Part shown: piece by piece, positions 55,951-64,000 of the stretch
Layout of the letters: every line of letters begins with the position of its first letter
Numbering within the stretch: position 1 is the stretch's first letter
From: Octopus vulgaris
Lineage: Eukaryota
Reading direction: 5' to 3'
DNA length: 64,000 bases
NCBI GenBank assembly: GCA_951406725.2
Contig: OX597828.1
Coordinates: 62,992,001-63,056,000, forward strand
Position numbers and translations under genes: made by a program
The notes under the pieces: generated by a model
Told to the model about the DNA's origin: nothing
Database searches by the model: none
Seen by the model: the letters and a program-made list of their open reading frames with translations, nothing else

Positions 55951-56850
55951 CAAGTGTTTCAGCAGAATATGTAGAGAGCATAGTAGGAGTGGATTGCTCG
56001 AAGATAACTTTCCTCTTTCACCTCAATCTTATATTTATGATTTCACCTTGGATCTTATATTTATGATTTAGCATGAAATTTTTGTCTATTTTTTAGACAA
56101 ATATTACCCTGATGAGACTCATATGCATAAATGTGAATTTTTATGAATTTTTATAAATTCACTAATGGATATGAATTGAAACAAATATGGATGTTTTCCA
56201 TCTCCAAAAATTGAGGGTCTTTACTGTAAAGGAATACACATTTACTTTCAGATTTATACAAATGAGGAATTCTGACAATCATGCCTTTCCCAAAGATGAT
56301 GGATGACTGTGAGGAAGGTGGTTTAGATGATGATGATGGTGGTGGTGATAATAGTAGCACTGGTGATAATGATGATGAATGGCATGATATTGATGGTGGG
56401 TGAAGTTGGTAGGGTAGGGTTAGGGTATTTTAAGTAGTGCAGACAAGAAGCCGCCCATCCTTTGTAATGTAATTTATCACTATGTAGACTATTTTAGATA
56501 TGTTTGTGTGTGTGTGCAAGTGTGGCTGAGTATGTGCATGTGTATATCTGCTTATGCAAGAGTGAGCCTCAGCATGTGTGTGTCTGTAAATCCAAGTGTG
56601 TTGGTCTACCTGGATTTATGGATGTGTGTCTGAGCATGTAGGAATATGTACAGAGAAGGGTCCAACAAGGGAGCATTTCAGAGGTAACATACAAGAGATG
56701 TATGCGGTTTCAAGGAGAGGCTATGCATGTGGGTGTGTTTTGACAGACTCACAGATCCATGAGTATTGTTATGATGTAATAACTTGGTTCAAGGATGTTG
56801 AGTTGTAATCATACAAAAATTGTGAGGTAAATTAAAAATAATTACATAAA

Positions 56851-57258
56851 TAGGCACAGGAGTGGCTGTGTGGTAAGTAGCTTGTTTACCAACCACATGG
56901 TTCCGGGTTCAGTCCCACTGCGTGACATCTTGGGCAAGTGTCTTCTGCTATAGCCCTGGGCCGACCAATGCCTTGTGAGTGGATTTGGTAGACGGAAACT
57001 GAAAGAAGCCTGTCGTATATATGTATATATATATATGTATGTGTGTGTGTTTGTGTGTCTGTGTTTGTTCCCCTAGCATTGCTTGACAACCGATGCTGGT
57101 GTGTTTACGTCCCCGTCACTTAGCGGTTCGGCAAAAAGAGACCGATAGAATAAGTACTGGGCTTACAAAAAGAATAAGTCCCGGAGTCGAGTTGCTCGAC
57201 TAAAGGCGGTGCTCCAGCATGGCCGCAGTCAAATGACTGAAACAAGTAAAAGAGTAAA
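56851..57258 (+). mobile_element. tRNA-derived CORE-like SINE family B, full length
   Basis: Head GTGGCTGTGTGGT...GGTTCAGTCCC, core CTTGGGCAAGT, internal microsatellite, tail GACTGAAACAAGTAAAAGAGTAA. Copies also at 53755-54138(-), 57286-57686(-) and 59600-60025(+). Confidence 0.85.
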
Positions 57259-57285
57259 CATAAATATACACACACATTACATATA

Positions 57286-57477
57286 TTCTTTTATGTGTTT
57301 CTGTCATTTGACTGTGGTCATGCTGGAGCACTACCTTTAGTCAAATATATCGACCCCAGGATTTATTCTTATAAGTGTAGTACTTATTCTATAGGTCACT
57401 TCTTGCCGAACCGCTAAGTTACAGGGACGTAAACACACCAACACCGGTTGTCAAGCAATGGTGGGAGGGAAATAAAA

Positions 57478-57524
<47 letters not shown>

Positions 57525-57686
57525 ATGGGCATCTTTCAGTTTCCTTCTACCAAATCCACTCACAAGGCTTTGGTTGGCCCAAGGCTATAGTGGAAGGTGG
57601 AAGACACTTGCCCAAGGTGCCATGCAGTGGGACTGAACCCGGAACCATATGGTTGGTAAGCAAGCTACTTACCACACAGCCACTCA
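57286..57686 (-). mobile_element. SINE family B copy, inverted relative to its neighbour
   Basis: Reverse complement of 56851-57258. Confidence 0.85.
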
Positions 57687-58341
57687 TACACATAGTGAGA
57701 GGAAGATACATGTGATTATATAGTTAAGAAATATATGGTTTCAGGTTCAATTCCAGTGTGGAACCTTGGATAAGCCTCTTATAGTTTCCAAGCTTACAGT
57801 AATCTTGGGAATGAATTCAGTTGAAGGAAGCTGCATAAAATCGTGTGTGTGTTTCTGTGAATGTTACAATTCCATGGCTTGTCACAGCTGGAGCAGTGTT
57901 CACATCCTGTCAGTTTCCTTACACTTATGACGTAAAAAAAATTCTTTACTTGAAAAACATGAAGGTTGGTAATAAGAACAATATCTGGTTGAAAAATCCT
58001 CTGTGTGTCCTTGTCTTGACATCATGTCACAGCTGTAAGTGAGTGCCACTGTCATACAAGCAGTGTCCTTCATTTCCAGTAGTCTGTGAGAACATGTCTA
58101 GGGGAAATACTTGTTTGGAAACAGGTGAGGGTTGGCAACAGGAAAGGCATCCAACTGTAGAAAATCTGCCTCAATAGATTTCTGTCTGACCCAGGTGAGC
58201 ATGGATACATGGATGTTAATGATGATGATGGTCATGATGATAAAGGGACTGATGTTCACCTGGCTCGAGGGCACCAAAATTCATGTTGCTTAGGGCACAA
58301 GTAACCATGGGGCTGGTCCTGGCTAACAATCTGTTACTCAC

Positions 58342-58417
58342 AAGAATAAACTTAAGCTGTGAAAGAAGACATATTTGCAAATATAATCCAGTGTAGCCAA
58401 GCAAGCAGTCAACCCAC
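58342..58417 (-). CDS. Candidate 76-nt exon of an unidentified minus-strand gene
   Basis: Long polypyrimidine tract ending cccctctcag| and donor CTT|gtgagt. Two open frames: GGLTACLATLDYICKYVFFHSLSLF or WVDCLLGYTGLYLQICLLSQLKFIL. Confidence 0.5.
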
Positions 58418-58903
58418 CTGAGAGGGGGGGGAGGAAACGGAGGAGAAAAAGAAGAAAATTGTCTCTTCTGCTACAGAAAAGACAAAAACAGAACAAAAGA
58501 CAGGACTTGGAAAGGAAAAAAGGTAAAATAAAATAAAAGTGAAAAAACAATAGAAAATTGCATTCATCTGACAGGGGGTGGGTGGGTGGATGGGATGATT
58601 CATTCAGATGTTTTGGTGCAAATCAATGAAAAAAACTAGAATTTTGGGGGGACATTTTATTGATTTACAACATTATACATGAACACACACACACACGGTA
58701 TACTGCAAAAAAAAGTCTATCATTGATTCTACTTTCTAAGCAACAAAAAGGTTAATGATTCTGTCTGTCTGTCTGTCTATACACACACACACACACACAT
58801 ATATATACCCATACATACACACGAATGTACACACCTGGCAGTCTATCTACCTACTTACCAAACTATCTATCAATCTATATACCTGCATACTTACCTATGT
58901 GCA

Positions 58904-58972
<69 letters not shown>

Positions 58973-59049
58973 GTGTGTGTGCAGTTAGCATTTTAAATTT
59001 CACTAAAAGTTTTACTGACTCACATTGCATATACATTAAATACACCTTT

Positions 59050-59099
<50 letters not shown>

Positions 59100-59547
59100 T
59101 ATATAAAAACACATACACACACACACATAAAAACACATACACACACACATACCTTCCTATATGTATAAATATAGAGAGGTAGATATTTGCAGCTTTACAT
59201 TCTTATATTTCTCTCATACTGGAAAGCCTAGCTTGCCAATATTTAAATATATTTAACTTTGTGTGCATGAGTGTGTGTGTGTATATATATATGTGTGTGT
59301 GTGTGTGTATATATAGTGGGTGCCTTTTACATATCATCATAGTTGTGGCCAGTGCCAGTGACACAAAAGGCACCCACTACTATGTTGGAGTGGTTCGCAT
59401 TAGGAAGGGTATCCAGCAGTAGAAACCAGCTGGAGCCTGGTATACCAGACTGGAACCTGGTGCAGCTCTCTGGCTTACCAGTTCCAGTCAAACCTTCTAA
59501 CCCATGCCAGCATGGAAAAAAGATGGTAAATGATTATAAAATATAAT

Positions 59548-59599
<52 letters not shown>

Positions 59600-59605
<6 letters not shown>

Positions 59606-60025
59606 CATAGGTGTGACTGTATGGTAGGAAGTTTGCTTCCCAACTACATGGTCCTGGGTTCAGTCCTACTGCATGACACCTTAGCCAAGTGTCTTCTCCT
59701 ACAGCCTTGGGCTGACCAAAGCTTTGTGAGTGGATTTGGTAGACAAAACTGAAAGAAGCCCACTGCATACATATTTGTATGTATGTGTGTGGGTGGGGGT
59801 GAGTGTCTTTCTGTCTGTGTGTCTCCACCACCATCGCTTGACAACTCGTATTGGTGTGTTTACATTTCCGTAACTTAGCGGTTCGGCAAAAGGAGACTGC
59901 AAGAATAAGTACGCAACTTAACAAAATGGTAAGTCCTGGGGTTGATTCAGTTGATTAAAATTCTTCAAGGTAGTGCTGCAGCATGGCCACAGTCTAATGA
60001 CTGAAACAAGAAAAAGATAAAAGAT
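59600..60025 (+). mobile_element. SINE family B copy
   Basis: Homologous to 56851-57258. Confidence 0.8.
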
Positions 60026-60766
60026 GTGCACACACACACACACACACACACGGATGCAGTTTTCCTCCTGCTTATCTCAGTCACTGGAATGTGGGGCCAC
60101 GTTTGTGCATTCCCTTGAAGGTTTAATCAATCAAATTGATCCTAGAATTCATTCCAAGTTTGGTACTTGTTGTATTGGACAGTGATGTAAACAAACCAAC
60201 AGCTGTTGTCATGCAGTGAAGATAAACAGAAACACAAAATACAGGTACACACACGAAAAATGGGGGGGGGGCTTCCAAATTCCATATTCACTCACAAGGT
60301 TATGGTCAGCTCCAAGGCTACAATAGAAACCTGAACTCAAAAGCATGCAGTTCTAAAGGAAATTTCTTAACCACACAGCCATTCCTGTACTGATTCCATA
60401 GAGCATCGTGTTGAAGGAAACAAATATTTCACAGAATTAGTTTACGATGCAAACAAATTCATAATAATGCTCATTAAGAATGAATAATATCAAGCTTACA
60501 GATACTAATTAGCTAAAACAATCATTCACTCACTGATATACGCACATACACACACACACACACATATTTGTGGAAAGAGAGATAGTGGCAGTTTTGTATG
60601 CACATGTGTGTGTGTGTGTGTGTATACAGAGATACAAATATGTGTGCGCATATGTGTTTACTTATCTGTCTGTCTCTCTCTCTCTCTCTCTAGCTATCTA
60701 TTCCATCTAAGTTCTTGATGTTCTACAGACAAGCAGAATAGTGATAGAATGGTATTCCTTAAGAAT

Positions 60767-60906
60767 TTAAATGAAATTAAACATAAACAACATCAGGGTA
60801 GAGGATGTAGCATGGAATAGTATTAAAATAAATGGTATCGTTAGTGCTATCACAGGACATGTGAGCGTGCCTGATTGGTTGCGCTGGTTAGCTTTAGTAC
60901 TTACAC
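60767..60906 (-). CDS. Candidate terminal coding exon with hydrophobic C-terminus
   Basis: ttcatttgtgtgtag|GTGTAAGT... in phase 1 gives (G)VSTKANQRNQSGTLTCPVIALTIPFILILFHATSSTLMLFMFNFI*: a polar spacer then a hydrophobic tail, in unique sequence. Confidence 0.35.
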
Positions 60907-61560
60907 CTACACACAAATGAATGTGAATGTGTGTATATATATGTATAAAAATAGCTATCAATAAGAATATGTCTGTCTGTGCATTTATGTAGGTGTAAGC
61001 ATCCTCATTTTTGTGTCAACTTTTCCATTCTTGTATGGAAGAGATGAAATTAACTGAGGTAGATTTTCTATGGTTGGATGGCCAAATGCCCTTCTTGATG
61101 CCAACCCTCATCTGTTCCCAAATAAAGTAATATACATACACACGAATGTAGGTTTTACTTCACTTTTAACCTTTATGTAAATTTCAACTGCTGGGGAAAT
61201 GATGGCTAGTCATTGTAAGTACAATAGTAGTAATTTAAATAAATCTTTTTCAGTGATATCTATATCTATATATATCTGGTGCCATGTAAAAAGCATCCAG
61301 TCCACACTGTGAAGTGGTTGGCATTTAGAAGGGCAACTTCACATGTACTGGTGCCATGTAAAAAGCACCGAGTCCACTCTGCAGAGTGGTTTGTGTTAAG
61401 GAAGGGCATCCAGCTGCAAAACCCTGCCAAAACAGACACAGTAGCCTGGGGTAGTTTTCTACTTGGCCAGCTCGTCAACCATCCTACCCTTGCATTCATG
61501 GAAGACAGACATTAAATAATGATGACGATGATGATGATGAGATATATATATATATATATA

Positions 61561-61776
61561 TTTCTTTACTACCCACAAGGGGCTACAAACAAGGACATAC
61601 AAACGGATTAAGTCGATTACATCGACCCCAGTGCATAACTGGTACTTATTGAATCGACCCCGAAAGGATGAAAAGCAAAGTCGACTTTGGCGGAATTTGA
61701 ACTCAGAACGTAGCGGCAGACGAAATACTGCTAAGCATTTCGCCCGGCGTGCTAACGTTTCTGCCAGCTCGCCGCC
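61561..61776 (-). mobile_element. SINE family A copy
   Basis: Near-identical to 50346-50572. Confidence 0.85.
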
Positions 61777-61799
61777 TTAAAGTGAGAAAAAGAATGTGA

Positions 61800-62260
61800 T
61801 TTGAATGAGTTCAGTGTTTGTAAAGTAATCAGCAAATGTCAGTCCAATTCTCAATGCAAAGAGCACATGGCTGTTCCAATGATGGCACCATGGCTCAAGG
61901 GGGTTAGTGACTTCAAGTCCCTTGGGTCTTATGTTGTTGGCAATAAGAAAGACTTGCAGACTTGCAAGAGAGCACCTCCTAATAAGCTCCACAACATCTG
62001 GCAGTGATAGGTTTCAAAGACAACAAAACTGGCTCTCTTTAGAGGCTGTTCTCTATGAAGAAAGAACTTCAGACAACCTTTATGGTACATAGATCAGGCT
62101 TCTGATAAGGGCTCAAAACATCTCATGACATCAACAAGATCAAATATTAGAGGTGGTAGACATATTCCACCCATCTCTACTATAATTGGACAACACAGAG
62201 TAGGCATTGCTGGTCACTGGTATCAAGCTGAACAACAGGTTATGTTGGATGTTGGTGACT
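61800..62260 (+). mobile_element. Highly degenerate LINE (RTE-like) 3' fragment
   Basis: Remnants such as LEAVLYEE, LYG, PPISTIIGQHRVGIAGHWYQAEQQ resemble the RTE C-terminus (RLxxAGH). Confidence 0.5.
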
Positions 62261-63786
62261 TCAGCACCCTAAACACAGACAAGAACCATTCAACTACATT
62301 TCTGTCATTAAGTAGAGACAAACAACATGAAACTGAGAATCTACCAAAGCTAATGGTATGGGGGGGGGACAGGTTCCTGATGTGATGAAATGCAAACTTG
62401 TAATATGGTATTTCACATGGAAACAATGAATGACTGACCGTTATTCATACTTATGTGTATATATATATATATATATACGTACATATTCATACACACACAC
62501 ACACCAGTTGTGTAGTATTTCACATAAATAGTTACTCATTGACCACATTAGCTTGCACTCACCGGATCTCTCTGGCTCTCTCTCTCTTTTTTTTTCCTAC
62601 TCTGATCACAGTTTGTACTGCTTGTCCCCTCTACACTGACCAAGTATAATTCAGTCAAATACATTACTACAACACAAAAATACCATTACAGTGACCCCCC
62701 CCCAGCCCCAACACACATACACAACTACCCCAACAACACACACTGCTATTTCCAGAATATGACACCTTCTGTAGAACGGATACTCTGAAAGGAATATCTC
62801 ATCTCCAGAACATGATTCAAACTTCTTTGTGGCTAACCAAAAGGAGCATCCTGGACAACATTATTCAATATGTCCTTCCCATTTTTATATGGATATTTAG
62901 GTGTAATCTGAGACATATCTGGTTGCTATTTCTAGCAAACTGAACAACTGCATAGAGACTTCCCTCATTGACTCAAAGAATAATTGATTTTAAATTTTGG
63001 CACTTTCAGAGTGAGGGGAGCATTTAACATTGGAAAAGTGAAAGGCAAAAATCAAGAGACCAAATGTAATCATTCCCTCTAGAAACAGTAGCCAAATCTA
63101 CCTCAAACCACATTGCTTTTAACTCTTTTGTTACCATATTTCTATTAAAGTACAGTCTGTTTCAGATATTTTCAAAAATAATGAAGGATTTAGTAAAATA
63201 ACTTTGTTGTTATTATTAAAAGGGTTTTTAGAAGACAAACATAGAAGTTTGATAGTTTTTAATTTGGAATGTTACAACAGGAAGTTTATAACATAGAATC
63301 AAGGAATAGTCTCAGATAGGTTGGCATTGAAAAAGTTTTAAGAAATGCACAAATTGAATAATGTAACCGAGAATACATTGTTCCTGTAAAAGACAGGATG
63401 GGTATGGTTGGACTATCTGAACATAAATATTGCTCAATCTTGGCCAACTAGAGGTTAAACAATTCCAAAGTCAATTCCAATGAAATTTGAACTCTGAATG
63501 TCAGGGGATGTGACCAGATACTATCAAGTATTTCATCAAGATCTTTCATGTCAAAGAATTTAAGCTATGATGGGATGCCGTGATATCTATGCATCTACAA
63601 ACAACAACTACACACCAGATCCATTGATTGCATGAATTTGGGTGTTCACCCTTTTTCTACACTGTACTACAGCAGGCTCAGGTTGGCTTGTCTTGCTTTG
63701 GGTCCTGATAAAGCTGTAAGGGCACTGACATAACACACAATGTAAACCTGGTGGACCCCATCCCTTGATAAGTCTAATCATAAAGG

Positions 63787-63824
<38 letters not shown>

Positions 63825-64000
63825 AAGAAGTATTGACCCCAGGATTAGACTGGTTCTTTATTTATTAAACCCTAGAAGGATAAAGATCAAAGCTGACCTT
63901 GATGGGGTTTGATCTTAGATTGCAGGCTTGGAATGAAGACTGCAGATATACTCTAAGCCATCATTACTTCAGTTCAAATAAACCATTCAACAATATACAC

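Noticed and set aside
56109-56140. CTGATGA hammerhead core (also at ~45227 and ~46079)
   Set aside because: No correctly placed stem II, GAAA and stem III.

Overview
AT-rich eukaryotic (animal) genomic DNA, dense in microsatellites. The repeat content (tRNA-derived SINEs, RTE LINEs, TA-targeted Penelope-like remnants) suggests a coleoid cephalopod such as Octopus; this is inference. The left half is mostly intron of a minus-strand gene recognisable as PTPN9/MEG2 (Sec14/CRAL-TRIO tyrosine phosphatase). Two clean phase-0 coding exons are visible (15919-16062, 144 nt; 5071-5160, 90 nt). The 5' end is unresolved, with several candidate first exons and microexons between 16.6 and 36.5 kb. CpG looks depleted over ~1-34.5 kb and ~52-64 kb and retained in between, consistent with two methylated gene bodies flanking a promoter/intergenic zone. 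The right end has candidate minus-strand exons of an unidentified gene. Most ORFs in the supplied track are artefacts of (TA)n/(CA)n repeats or SINEs. The most notable structure is a set of Penelope-like (PLE) remnants with inverted pseudo-LTRs and hammerhead-ribozyme motifs (best at 40341-40388). There are also nested MITEs, inverted SINE pairs able to form long dsRNA, and a CRISPR-looking but non-CRISPR compound minisatellite. No prokaryotic system, rRNA, bona fide tRNA gene or CRISPR array is supported.
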